From: Planctomycetota bacterium
GTDB lineage: Bacteria > Planctomycetota > JAJSAM01 > JAJVHW01
Assembly: GCA_024280885.1 (NCBI GenBank)
Contig: JAJRPF010000048.1
Span: 95,868 to 159,867 of the forward strand
Length of the DNA stretch: 64,000 bases
Direction of reading: 5' to 3'
In this document: positions 18,428 to 27,938 of the stretch, piece by piece
Position numbering within the stretch: the first letter of the stretch is position 1
Layout: each line of letters begins with the position of its first letter
Position numbers and translations under genes: made by a program
The notes under the pieces: model-generated
The model's input: the letters and a program-made list of their open reading frames with translations, nothing else
Told to the model about the DNA's origin: nothing
The model's database searches: none

Positions 18428-20482
18428 TCAGCGCTCCTTCACGCCGTGGTCGATCTCGCGCGGCGGCGGTTCGCCGCCCTCGCCAACGAGGTAGTGCTCC
18501 ATCCAGCGCATGAGTCGGAGTGAGTAGTCCAGCCGCGACGCCGCGCGGCGGTTGCCGTGGCCCTCGCCGGGGTAGAGCACGAGCCGGACGGGCGTTTTTC
18601 CCAGCACCTTCAGGTAGCGATAGAGCTCGAGGGATTGACTCGGGTGGACACGCGTGTCGTTCTTCCCGTGCATGATCAGAATGGGTGTTCGACCCTTCTC
18701 CGCGTGGTAGATCGGACTGCGCTCCAGGAAGAGCTTCCAGTCCTCCCACGGACGGACGCGGTAGTGGACGAGGTTCATCTCGTCGGGGATGTCGGTCGTG
18801 CCCGCGAACGAGATCTGGTCCGAGATACCAACACTCATCACGGCGGCCGCGAAGTGTTCGGAGAGTGCTGTGGCGCACCACGCCGATGCGTATCCGCCGT
18901 ACGAACCGCCGGTGACGCCGACCTTCTTCTCATCGACGAGACCGGTCGCGACGAGGTGTTTCACACCGTCCACGAGGTCGTCGAACTCGCGTCCGCCCAT
19001 GTCGCCGTGATCGAGCATGGAGAACTCGACACCGCGTCCGGTGCTCGCGCGGTAGTTCGGGTAGAAGACCGCGAAGCCACGCGCGGCAAGGGCTTGCCCG
19101 CCGCTGGCATACCACGTCATCCAGCCGTCGCGCTGATGCGACTCGGGGCCACCGTGGACGACCATGACGAGCGGATAGCGGGTCCCTGGTTTCTCATCGA
19201 GTGGTCGGATCAGAATGCCCTGTAGCTTCAGCCCGTCGCGCGCCTCGAATTCGACGACTTCCTGCGTAGCGAGACGACGTGTTGCGAGCCACTCGTTCGA
19301 GTTGGTGAGACGCACGCCGACGAGCCCGTCGCGCGTGGCCCGGAACACCTCGTCCGGGTGCTCACGCGACGCTCCGCGCAGCGCAAGTACGTCGCCGTCG
19401 CGACTGACGGAGAGTGACGTGACGGCGACACCCTCAATCGCTCCGGCGCGTTCAATGCGATCCGGACCGATGGACAATTCGCTGATGTGGGTCTTCACTC
19501 CGCGGTCCCAGAGGAAGAGCACGGTTGTCGCGTCGGTCCACGCTGCGGAGCGCACATGGCGGTCGTCGCTCGCGACCAATTCGGTCGACGTGCCCGTTGC
19601 CGATTCGACGATCATGAGACGTCCCGGCGCCGGGTCGTGAATGTCGCGCGCCGCGATCAGCGCGATGTGCTTCCCGTCAGGGCTCCAGACATGTCCACCC
19701 AGTTTGCCCTCCGTCTCGACGCTCGCGGTCACGGTGCCGCTTCGCGTCTCGACGACGGTCAGGCGGCGGCGCATGTAGGCGTCGTCGATCAACGGAGAAG
19801 GTTGCAACGTCAGAGCGAGATGCGCGCCGTCCGGAGAGAAGAGCGGATCGGACGGAACCCCCGGTAGGTCCACTGCTCGCGGCTTCGCATCCACTTCCGT
19901 GACGTCTACGAGCCACAGTCGCGTTGGGCGACGGTCTTCCTCGTAGATCTCCGCGTCGAAGCCGCGCTTCTTCCGCTTCTGGACCTGCTTGTCCTCCGCG
20001 CCCGCGGAGAGGAAGGCGACCGTCTTACCGTCGGGCCCCCACGAGTACGCGCCGACGCCGTCGTCGAACGCGAGGACGCGGCGGGCCTCGCCACCCGTGA
20101 CGTCGATGACGTAGAGCGATTGATGCGTGTCAGCGCCACGCTTGGTCGTGAACGAGATACGCCCCGCATCTACCCATTGGATCCCGCCGACGTTCACCTT
20201 GCCCGTGACGAAGCCACGGCTCGCACCGCCCGCGTCCACGACGTGCAACTCCGACCAGGCGCCGCCGTCGTCCTCGGTGTCGAGGTCACGCGGGATGCTG
20301 AGCGTGTACGCGATCAGTGCGCCGTCCGGTGAGATGGCGGTCTCGCGAACGCTGCGCAGGCGCGCAACATCGTGCGCGGTCAGCCCCTTCGGCGTTTCCT
20401 GCGCGCGCGCCTCCTGCGCCGACAGGGCGACGCAAACGAGCGCTGCGACTGCCGTAGCCATCCAGCTGATCCGTAGTGACAT
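18428..20482 (-). CDS. S9 family (prolyl oligopeptidase-like) serine peptidase, secreted
   Basis: Signal peptide, beta-propeller SPDG repeats, VHGGP, GGSYGG, D-TRV, EGHG. Confidence 0.93.
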   Translation of the reverse strand: MSLRISWMATAVAALVCVALSAQEARAQETPKGLTAHDVARLRSVRETAISPDGALIAYTLSIPRDLDTEDDGGAWSELHVVDAGGASRGFVTGKVNVGGIQWVDAGRISFTTKRGADTHQSLYVIDVTGGEARRVLAFDDGVGAYSWGPDGKTVAFLSAGAEDKQVQKRKKRGFDAEIYEEDRRPTRLWLVDVTEVDAKPRAVDLPGVPSDPLFSPDGAHLALTLQPSPLIDDAYMRRRLTVVETRSGTVTASVETEGKLGGHVWSPDGKHIALIAARDIHDPAPGRLMIVESATGTSTELVASDDRHVRSAAWTDATTVLFLWDRGVKTHISELSIGPDRIERAGAIEGVAVTSLSVSRDGDVLALRGASREHPDEVFRATRDGLVGVRLTNSNEWLATRRLATQEVVEFEARDGLKLQGILIRPLDEKPGTRYPLVMVVHGGPESHQRDGWMTWYASGGQALAARGFAVFYPNYRASTGRGVEFSMLDHGDMGGREFDDLVDGVKHLVATGLVDEKKVGVTGGSYGGYASAWCATALSEHFAAAVMSVGISDQISFAGTTDIPDEMNLVHYRVRPWEDWKLFLERSPIYHAEKGRTPILIMHGKNDTRVHPSQSLELYRYLKVLGKTPVRLVLYPGEGHGNRRAASRLDYSLRLMRWMEHYLVGEGGEPPPREIDHGVKER

Positions 20483-20576
20483 CGATCCTCCCGTGTCACC
20501 GGTCGGGCGACACGGGAGATGGTAGCGCACACGTCGATCGTGGAACCGACCGGCTTTCCAGCTCGGCTACTTGGGA

Positions 20577-21107
20577 CTACTTGGGCTTGTCGACCTGGAC
20601 CCAGTAGACGTCGCCACCGTCGTAGACCTTCTCCCACCACGATCCCTTGCAATAGAAGTACGACACACCGTCAACGCGCTCGGTCTTCGTGCAGTTCATC
20701 CCTTGCCAGTCGGAGACGTAGATGACCTGCGCGTTGCGCCGGCGATGCCACCGGACGGGACGGTGAGCCGGCGGACGCACGCCGGGCCTGTGACCCGGTG
20801 GGCGAGTGCCTGGTCGATGTCCGGCACCGGGCACGTGATCCGCGCTCGGACGGTTGGATCGACCGCTCGCGCGCGTGCCACGGCCACTTGCGCGCGCTCG
20901 ATTGCGCTTGGTCGAGCCACTGGCTGCCGGACCACGGCGCGTCGTCGAGCGGCCCGAACTCCGAGCGGCGGGACTCGCGCGTCCTCCCCCGCGAGCTCCG
21001 CCGCCGCCCCCGCCCCCGCGCGAGAACGCGACATCAGGGATCAACATGACCGTGCAGATCGCGACGACCGTGAGTACGAGCACACTTGATGCATTCGGTT
21101 TCGTCAT
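20577..21107 (-). CDS. Secreted Gly/Arg/Pro-rich protein with Cys-pair C-terminal domain (DUF6515-like)
   Basis: Signal peptide, RGGGGGG, HRPG repeats, C..VDGVSYFYC..W..Y.GG.V.W; next to a DUF2092 gene. Confidence 0.6.
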   Translation of the reverse strand: MTKPNASSVLVLTVVAICTVMLIPDVAFSRGGGGGGGARGGGRASPAARSSGRSTTRRGPAASGSTKRNRARASGRGTRASGRSNRPSADHVPGAGHRPGTRPPGHRPGVRPPAHRPVRWHRRRNAQVIYVSDWQGMNCTKTERVDGVSYFYCKGSWWEKVYDGGDVYWVQVDKPK

Positions 21108-21111
21108 CGGA

Positions 21112-21912
21112 CTACTCCTCGTCCTGCGTCTGGATGTCGGCGAAACGAATGCGCTCGGTGCCTGCCGGTGGCTGGAAGACAAAGGTCGATGACGGCGGTT
21201 TGGGCGCCATGTTCCAATCGCGGAAGTCGGCCCGGAACTGCGGTTGCCCCGGCTCCTCGCGATAGCTGATCACGATTCTCTGGATCAGCGGCTGATCCGA
21301 CTTCGAGATCCAGATCTGGTAATCGGCATAGCTGCTCCGAGCTGCCACCTGATCGCAGACGACACCAGCAACCGACGAGTCGCCGACGAGGAAGCACGAG
21401 CGTAGATCTGCGCCGAGTTCCGCGCCCACATCACTCGTGTAGAGGTCACTGAGCGGGACCGTGATCCCCAATTCGTGGATGAGGAATGCGATGCTGTCGT
21501 CGAGATTTCCGGGTTGGCTCGTGCGCGCGTAGATCTCGTGCGTCGGCGAGTAGACCCAGATGTCGTTGCCGTCGAAGACGACTACCGCCCGCTTCCCGTC
21601 GCGGCGCTGCGTCTCGAAACGAGCGCGGTTCGGCCGGCGGATGACGGCCTCGCGGATCGAGCCGAACTCGATTTTCTGGCCGTTGGTCTGCACCACATCG
21701 AAGCCCGTGTCGGCGGTGACGCTGAACGTGTCGGTGTCTCTGAGGAGCGTCACCGCGCGCTTCAGAACTGCGAGTGCGTCGTCGTCGATTGTCTCGACGA
21801 GCGGCGCGACGTCGTGCTCCGCCTCCGGTTTCTGATCCTCTTTTGTCTTGCAACCGAGAGCGACCCCGACCAACGCCAAGACTGCGCCCACTGATACGAC
21901 CGTACGGTTCAT
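21112..21912 (-). CDS. DUF2092 family (LolA-like) lipoprotein
   Basis: Lipobox ALGC; GQKIEFG..RRPNR..FDG..PLSDL..DYQIWI..PQF..F.DWN. Confidence 0.82.
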   Translation of the reverse strand: MNRTVVSVGAVLALVGVALGCKTKEDQKPEAEHDVAPLVETIDDDALAVLKRAVTLLRDTDTFSVTADTGFDVVQTNGQKIEFGSIREAVIRRPNRARFETQRRDGKRAVVVFDGNDIWVYSPTHEIYARTSQPGNLDDSIAFLIHELGITVPLSDLYTSDVGAELGADLRSCFLVGDSSVAGVVCDQVAARSSYADYQIWISKSDQPLIQRIVISYREEPGQPQFRADFRDWNMAPKPPSSTFVFQPPAGTERIRFADIQTQDEE

Positions 21913-21979
21913 GTTGGCCTCCTGAGCCCGCATGGTAGACCAACGTGCCAGCGAACGTGCACGCGGTTGAGCGGGCCTG

Positions 21980-22678
21980 TTAGCGGGAGGCGCGCTCGAG
22001 GGCGGCCAACTTGCGCCCCAGGGCTTCGCGCATGCGGGTGACACATTGCCCGAAGAGCTCGTCGCGCGCCCGGCGCACATCGTCGTCCTCGGCGACCACG
22101 GAGCTCGTGACGCGCAGTTCGAAGCGATCATCGAAGGTCGTGTAGATCAGGCCGTTGCGGACGTCTCGGACGACGGCGCGCACGGTGAGCTGCACGTCGT
22201 TCTCCTCGGTCGGGACGAAGAACATCGGGACGATGAGGAGCTTCAGGAAGCCCCATCCGTTCGTGTCGTTGCGCACGGTTTCGCGTCGCAGTATCGAGAG
22301 TTGCAGATCCGCCTGATGCCCGGAGGCCTCGCGCCGTAGCTGCTCCGCCGTCGATCCGAGGGGGATCTCGAGGGAGACGACGTCCTCGTACGTCTCGGAG
22401 TCCTCCGCGAGCCCGTTGACCGCCTGAACGAGACGCCGATGGCCGTGCTCCTCGTCTCGTTGCGTGACGTCCGCGACCGCCAGTTTCGCGGGAAGCCGGA
22501 CTTGCATCCGCTTCGAGAACTCCTGTGCTTCGACGTCGCCGAAGATCTCGCGTTCGGCCTGGACGAGGGCGCGCGTCTGCATGGGCGTGTCCATCGGCAC
22601 CGTGGCGCAGCCGGGAGCGAGCGCCGCGATTCCGAGCAGAGGGATTGCCAGCGCGAGGCCGCGTTTCGGGATCATCAT
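21980..22678 (-). CDS. Lipoprotein (rhombotarget-lipoprotein-like)
   Basis: Lipobox APGC; RLPAKLAVA..LLIVPMFFVP..VRDVRNGLIY. Confidence 0.6.
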   Translation of the reverse strand: MMIPKRGLALAIPLLGIAALAPGCATVPMDTPMQTRALVQAEREIFGDVEAQEFSKRMQVRLPAKLAVADVTQRDEEHGHRRLVQAVNGLAEDSETYEDVVSLEIPLGSTAEQLRREASGHQADLQLSILRRETVRNDTNGWGFLKLLIVPMFFVPTEENDVQLTVRAVVRDVRNGLIYTTFDDRFELRVTSSVVAEDDDVRRARDELFGQCVTRMREALGRKLAALERASR

Positions 22679-22729
22679 CGGGGGTACCTCTTCTCTCGTT
22701 GCTTTGCGTGTCTGTCTACGTGCGGGTGC

Positions 22730-23782
22730 CTACTTATGGGCACCGGGAGTGGGGGCCGAGACGACCACGACGGCCACTCTGCTCAACTTCAATTCCAGCT
22801 CGCGGAGTCGCTCGCTCTTGGCGCGCTCGGCCGTTCGTGCGGCGTCGAGGGCGGACTCGATCCCGCGCGCTTCTGCGGCGGCGCCGACGAGTTCGATGAC
22901 GCGTTTGCGTAGCACGTGGATCTCGGGCTCGAGGGCGGCCCGCCGGGCTTCGAGCCCGACCGTCTCGACTTCCAGGTCGAATGCGGTGCGGCGTACGTCG
23001 TCGAGCGCTGGAGCTTTTTTCTGGGCTTCCGTGAGCGCGTCGCGGAGCGCCTCCAGAGTCGCACGCATCGCGCTGGCTTCGTCCGCGTCACGCCACTCCT
23101 TCGAGTCCAGCTTGCGTTCGATCTCGTCGGCTCGCCGGCGGATCTGCTCCACTTCGGCGGCCCGTTCGGCCGCGGCTTGTGTGGCGAGCAACCGCCGTGC
23201 AGCGACGGCGAGATCGACGCGCGTCCGCGCGAGATCCGACGCGGCCTCGCGCAGGCGATCGACCGACATCTTGTGTTCGGTGGCGACGTCGCCCCACCGC
23301 TTGCGATGTACTGTTGCGCGGACATCGGCCTCGAGAGCGCGACGAGCGGACGCGTCGGCCGATGCCCTCTGTCCCAGAAGTGAACGCTCTCTCCAGCCCG
23401 CGAGACGCTCGGCGACATCGGCCTCGATGATCTCCAACAGACGTGCGGCGAGCGCCTGTGCCGACACGGACTCCGAGGGAACGGGAGTGGTGGGCGCGAT
23501 GCTGACGCGCACCGTGGCTTCCCCGGGAAGTGGCGCGCTCACGACGAATTCCGAGTGCTCGACCACCGCGTCGAATGCGCCGTATCTCTGCGTGTCCCAG
23601 CGATCCCCTTTCGCGAGGTGCGCCCAACCGCGTCTCACGGTCATCGGCAGGGACTCGAGGTCCTGTAGCGCACCCGCGTCGTTGCTCGTGAAGCGGATCG
23701 TGAACGTGCTGACGGTCTCTTCCGCGAATGCCGGGACGGAGATCGCCATGAGCGCGACCAGAGCGAGTGGCGCGATCCTCAT
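22730..23782 (-). CDS. Secreted coiled-coil protein
   Basis: Signal peptide; long Ala/Glu/Arg heptad region; ATGA coupling to anti-sigma gene. Confidence 0.7.
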   Translation of the reverse strand: MRIAPLALVALMAISVPAFAEETVSTFTIRFTSNDAGALQDLESLPMTVRRGWAHLAKGDRWDTQRYGAFDAVVEHSEFVVSAPLPGEATVRVSIAPTTPVPSESVSAQALAARLLEIIEADVAERLAGWRERSLLGQRASADASARRALEADVRATVHRKRWGDVATEHKMSVDRLREAASDLARTRVDLAVAARRLLATQAAAERAAEVEQIRRRADEIERKLDSKEWRDADEASAMRATLEALRDALTEAQKKAPALDDVRRTAFDLEVETVGLEARRAALEPEIHVLRKRVIELVGAAAEARGIESALDAARTAERAKSERLRELELKLSRVAVVVVSAPTPGAHK

Positions 23783-24432
23783 CGGGCGTCACTCCATGTC
23801 GCGGAGACCAGCAGAGCGCGCGCCTCGCGGGCCGCCGACGTCCCGGGGAAGCGGTCGATCACGCCCTGCACGCGCACCCGCGCTGCATCCGCTCCGACGG
23901 TCCACGCGCGCACTTGCGCCGCCGCCAGCGCGCCGGTGGCGAGGAGCTCCCGCCCATCGTCCTGGGACTCGGACCCGGCGGTGTCCCGCAGGCGTTCCGC
24001 ACGGGCGAGAAGTGACTGCAACTCGGCCTGCGGTCCCGTCGGATGGACGTGAGTGTCTGCGTGTGAGTCTGCGACGTTGGCAACGCTTCCGACATCGGTC
24101 GGGACGTCCTGCGACGGACTTGACAGCAGGTAGAGCGCCAAGAAGAGCGCGGCCGCAGCCGCGAGCCCACCGCCCGCAAGCCATCTCCGGCGCCTCGGGT
24201 GGCGGCGCTTGAGCGGTGCGACCGGTTGCAACTCCGCGGCGGGCACGCGAGACCATCGCCCCGTGTCGGACAGGCCACCGAGCGCGTAGTCGAGCGCGGC
24301 TTCCGACCTCCCGATCGCCATCCGGCACGGCGCGCACTCGGTGAGGTGCTCGATGACGTCGATCGCCTGCTCCGGCGTCAGTTCGCCGTCGATGAGTTCG
24401 AGGAGTTCACGGTCATCAGGACAGGAGGTCAT
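23779..24432 (-). CDS. Anti-sigma factor (zf-HC2) with TM helix
   Basis: CPDDRELLELIDGEL..EHLTECAPC (HxxxCxxC), TM segment, follows the ECF sigma gene. Confidence 0.85.
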   Translation of the reverse strand: MTSCPDDRELLELIDGELTPEQAIDVIEHLTECAPCRMAIGRSEAALDYALGGLSDTGRWSRVPAAELQPVAPLKRRHPRRRRWLAGGGLAAAAALFLALYLLSSPSQDVPTDVGSVANVADSHADTHVHPTGPQAELQSLLARAERLRDTAGSESQDDGRELLATGALAAAQVRAWTVGADAARVRVQGVIDRFPGTSAAREARALLVSATWSDAR

Positions 24433-24985
24433 CGAGGGCCTCCCTGAGACGACGGCGGGCATGGAAGAGACGTGTCCGCACTGTCGCAGCGGGTACGTGG
24501 AGTCGGCGTCCGATCTCCGCGGAGTCGAGTCCCCCGTGCCCGCCGTGATAGCGGAGCCTAAATGCCTCGGCGAGCAGCGGCGGGAGCCGGTCGACGGCGT
24601 CCGCGAGTCGCTCGCGCAGCTCGCGGCGCTCCGCGGCGAGTTCGGGCGGCGGTTCACGCCCGGAGGGCTCGTCCGAGAGGGCCTCGTCCGTGCGCCGTCG
24701 GCGCAACTCGGAGATCGCCGTGTTGACTGCGATCCGGTGCAGCCAGGTCGTGAACGCGGCGTCCCCGCGAAACCGTGCGAAGCCGCGGACGGCCTTGAGT
24801 CGCACGTCCTGGACCAGATCGTCGAGGCGTCCGCGCGGCCCGAGCATCTGGACGAGCAGCCCGCGCACCCTCCCCTCGTGCCGTGTCAGCAATTCTCCCA
24901 GCGCCGCGCGGTCACCCGCGACCGCCTCGGCCACCAGTGCCTCGTCCTCGCCGGGCCTGCGATCCACGGAATGGCTCCTCTGCAC
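24416..24985 (-). CDS. ECF-family RNA polymerase sigma factor
   Basis: DDLVQDV..FRGDAAFTTWLHRIAVN (region 2); EIGRRLHVPAATVRTRLFHARRRL (region 4). Confidence 0.93.
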   Translation of the reverse strand: MQRSHSVDRRPGEDEALVAEAVAGDRAALGELLTRHEGRVRGLLVQMLGPRGRLDDLVQDVRLKAVRGFARFRGDAAFTTWLHRIAVNTAISELRRRRTDEALSDEPSGREPPPELAAERRELRERLADAVDRLPPLLAEAFRLRYHGGHGGLDSAEIGRRLHVPAATVRTRLFHARRRLREALDDLLS

Positions 24986-25078
24986 GTCCCCTTGGACGCT
25001 CGCGTGCAGAGAGTGTTCACAGCCTTTGTCGAGTTCCTGTCATGGGCATCGGAGGCAGGTCCAACCCGTCACGCGTTC

Positions 25079-25564
25079 TCATGCGGGCGGTGGGGAAGGG
25101 AGTACTCCCGGATGGACCATCCACTCAAGTGACCAGCGATCGCCCTCGCCTGTCAACGCCACCATCGTTCCGGTGCGGAAGAGCAGATCCGCGCCGTCGC
25201 GACGATCGTCGAGCAGCAGGCCGGCCACGATGGCCACGAGTGGCAGATGCGTGACGACGAGCAGTGAGCGCTCCTCGGACCGGAAGAGCTCCGCCGCCGC
25301 GCTCGGGGAGTCGCCCGGCGTCAGGCCGACGATCTGCCGTACCCCGCCCGCAGGCTGGATCGCCCTCGCGAGCACCTCCGCCGTCTGCTGCGCGCGTAGG
25401 ACCCCGCTGTGCAGCACCTCATCGACGCCATCGGTGCCATTCAGTGCGCGCGGCAGAAATGCAGCGAGTCGCCGCGCCTGGTCGCGACCGATCTCGCTCA
25501 GCGGCCGCGCCGCATCCTCGATCGGGTGAACGGCGTCGCAGTGGCGTGTCAGGTAGAGCGTCAT
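25079..25564 (-). CDS. sixA: Phosphohistidine phosphatase SixA family
   Basis: LYLTRHCDA, RPLSEIG, HSGVLRAQQTAE, VTHLP. Confidence 0.85.
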   Translation of the reverse strand: MTLYLTRHCDAVHPIEDAARPLSEIGRDQARRLAAFLPRALNGTDGVDEVLHSGVLRAQQTAEVLARAIQPAGGVRQIVGLTPGDSPSAAAELFRSEERSLLVVTHLPLVAIVAGLLLDDRRDGADLLFRTGTMVALTGEGDRWSLEWMVHPGVLPSPPPA

Positions 25565-25602
25565 CCCGACCACTCTACGTCTTCTAATCGGCAGTCGCCC
25601 GT

Positions 25603-27006
25603 TCAGCGCTTCTCGCGGGTCCGGGTCAGGTCCTTGCGCCCGAGGTAGTACTCTGCGCCCCAGGCAGCCCATTCCGCTTCGAGGGTCGCCAGGTCTGTTC
25701 CGACGGCTGCGGCGATCGCGTCCGGCGCCACCTTGTGAACGCGGCCTCGCAGTCCGCGGACAGCCTTCCAGATCGCCGGCAGCGACGTCGTATGCCGATC
25801 CGCCAGGAAGTCCATGATGGAGATGTACTGCGCGTAGCGCTTCGAGGGCGCGCCGCTCTTCGCGAAGAGTTCCGCGAACGGCACGAACAGCCCCTTGCCC
25901 TCGGACCAAGCCTCGAAGAGCCCCACGAAATCGACGGTCGCCGCCGATCCCGGGTAGAGCCGCAGTTGCACCGCGTTGGCGAGCCCTTCCTGAAGCCAGT
26001 TCCCGGAGCTCGTCACGCCGAGCAGTTGGCGGATCGCAGTGTGAGTCGCCTCGTGGACGAATGTCGGACGATCCCAACCGTGCTCAGCGCTCCATGAACT
26101 CGCCGCGACGTCGAGTGCCGCGAGACCCGCGGCGCGCGGTGGCGCGATCCCGATCCCGAAATGAGTACCCAATCGCTTGATGTACGCGCTGAACTGCTCT
26201 CGGGTCTCGAATACGATGAGCGGCGCTCGGCTCCCGAGTGTTCCGTCTACGCCGTAGACGTCGCGCAGGACGCTGAGCCCCTCGTCGCAACGCGCCAGCA
26301 ACTCGCCGGCCGCCGCGGCATCGAAGCCCTTCGCATTCGTGAGCAGTAGAAAGCGCTCGTTCTTGTGTGTCCTACCGTCGCCGTCCGGGAACGCGATCTG
26401 CATGCGATCGGCGACCGTCGGCTCCGCGCTCGCTTCCGCCCGCTTCCCCGGGACGAGCGCGATGTCGTCGATCGTCACGCTCCCGGGGGTGGCGTCCCAC
26501 CGGAACAACACGAGATCGATCCGTGAGAAGTCACAGACCTGGTCGGTCGTGTCGTCGCGGAAGTCGCGCAGCGGAAGGACGACCTCGCGCCAATCGCCAG
26601 GCTCCAGCGTGAAGCGCCGCAGCCGCGCGGCCGGTCCCGGCGCGCGATAGGCCATCACGCGCATCGCGACGGGTGCGTCGGCTTCGACCTTTGCGTGGAA
26701 GACCAGTGCGTCGAACGAACGCCAGTCGCTGACACTGACGTCATGGCGCGCGTAGCCGATGCGTCCGTTGCGCGGTTCGCCCTTCGCCACGAAACGTAGC
26801 GCGCGTCCGCCACTCGGGGTGGCACCGTCTTCGACGCCCGTCTCCGCAAGCGAGAGCCCGCCGAACTTCCAGCCGTCACTCGGCTCGCCCGTCTCGAAGT
26901 CGAGCAACACGGTTCGATCCTCGGCAACGGCCGGCGTGGCGAGCAGCAATGCCGACGCGCCTGCGAATAGCAGCGCCCGCCCGCGTCTCCTCATGTCTCT
27001 GCCCAT
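25603..27006 (-). CDS. Secreted zinc metallopeptidase (MA clan) with N-terminal carbohydrate-binding-like domain
   Basis: Signal peptide; LLDFE..DWRSFDALVF CBM-like region; intact HEATH and WLQEGLA. Confidence 0.78.
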   Translation of the reverse strand: MGRDMRRRGRALLFAGASALLLATPAVAEDRTVLLDFETGEPSDGWKFGGLSLAETGVEDGATPSGGRALRFVAKGEPRNGRIGYARHDVSVSDWRSFDALVFHAKVEADAPVAMRVMAYRAPGPAARLRRFTLEPGDWREVVLPLRDFRDDTTDQVCDFSRIDLVLFRWDATPGSVTIDDIALVPGKRAEASAEPTVADRMQIAFPDGDGRTHKNERFLLLTNAKGFDAAAAGELLARCDEGLSVLRDVYGVDGTLGSRAPLIVFETREQFSAYIKRLGTHFGIGIAPPRAAGLAALDVAASSWSAEHGWDRPTFVHEATHTAIRQLLGVTSSGNWLQEGLANAVQLRLYPGSAATVDFVGLFEAWSEGKGLFVPFAELFAKSGAPSKRYAQYISIMDFLADRHTTSLPAIWKAVRGLRGRVHKVAPDAIAAAVGTDLATLEAEWAAWGAEYYLGRKDLTRTREKR

Positions 27007-27172
27007 CGCACCACGCTACCACATCGCCCGCATCCCGCTCGGCGCGGCAGTTTCGATCAGGACCGGCGCAGCCGGACCGATCGCCCTTCCTCGCATCCGT
27101 GCCCCGTATCGAAGAGACGTTCGCCGCGCTTCGCTCCACGATCGGGGCGCCTTCTGCGATGATGGCAGCGAG

Positions 27173-27826
27173 ATGCCGAGTACGCGAACCAGGTTGGTGA
27201 TGGGAATGGTCGTTGCGGCGTTTGCGTTCGCCACCGGGTGTTCGCTGTCGCCGCCGCCGCGTGTCGACGAGTCCCCTGACGTCTCCGCGAAGGTGTCGGA
27301 ACCGCCGGTCGCAGTGACTGCGGGCGACAGCTCGACTTCAGACGAGCGCGCGAGCGAGAGCGCCGGATCCGACGCCGCCGGGAACGTCCGGCTCGAGTTG
27401 TGCGTCGAGAGCCAATTCGCGTCGGCGCGTGCGCCAGGGTCGGATCCGCGGGTTCCTCAGCAGGTCACCGTGTTTCCCGGAACGGTCTGCGTTCAGGTCG
27501 TTGTTAGCGCAGTCGTCGGCATCGACGACCGCGCGTCGTTTTCCCCAGCGCCGCCCGCCATCGCGATTCTCACCGCCGATGGAGAACCGCACGCTCAGCT
27601 CACTGCGGACGTCCGAGTGGAGCCGGTCGTGGGTTTCGATGGTGTTGTCGATGGCGGCGATCCAGAGGTGACGCGCGTCGCTCTCCACGCGAGTTTCGGC
27701 GTGGAGATCGCGGGCTTCGATCCACTCGCGACGCCCGAGCGCGTGCAGCTTCGCGCGACGTACCACGGCTTCGAAACGACTCTGTGGGTCGTGCTCGTAC
27801 CGATGTTCTCCGCCGAACGTCGCTAG
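27173..27826 (+). CDS. Hypothetical lipoprotein
   Basis: Lipobox FATGC after a hydrophobic segment. Confidence 0.6.
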   Translation: MPSTRTRLVMGMVVAAFAFATGCSLSPPPRVDESPDVSAKVSEPPVAVTAGDSSTSDERASESAGSDAAGNVRLELCVESQFASARAPGSDPRVPQQVTVFPGTVCVQVVVSAVVGIDDRASFSPAPPAIAILTADGEPHAQLTADVRVEPVVGFDGVVDGGDPEVTRVALHASFGVEIAGFDPLATPERVQLRATYHGFETTLWVVLVPMFSAERR

Positions 27827-27938
27827 CGCCTGACCGCTGAACGCGCCGCGACGCCCGTCGGGCGTGCCTGACACGTTAGGCCTGTCGGAGTCGTGGGATA
27901 TGTTTCTCCCGTTCGCTGCCCGGCAGTGGTGGACGCGT

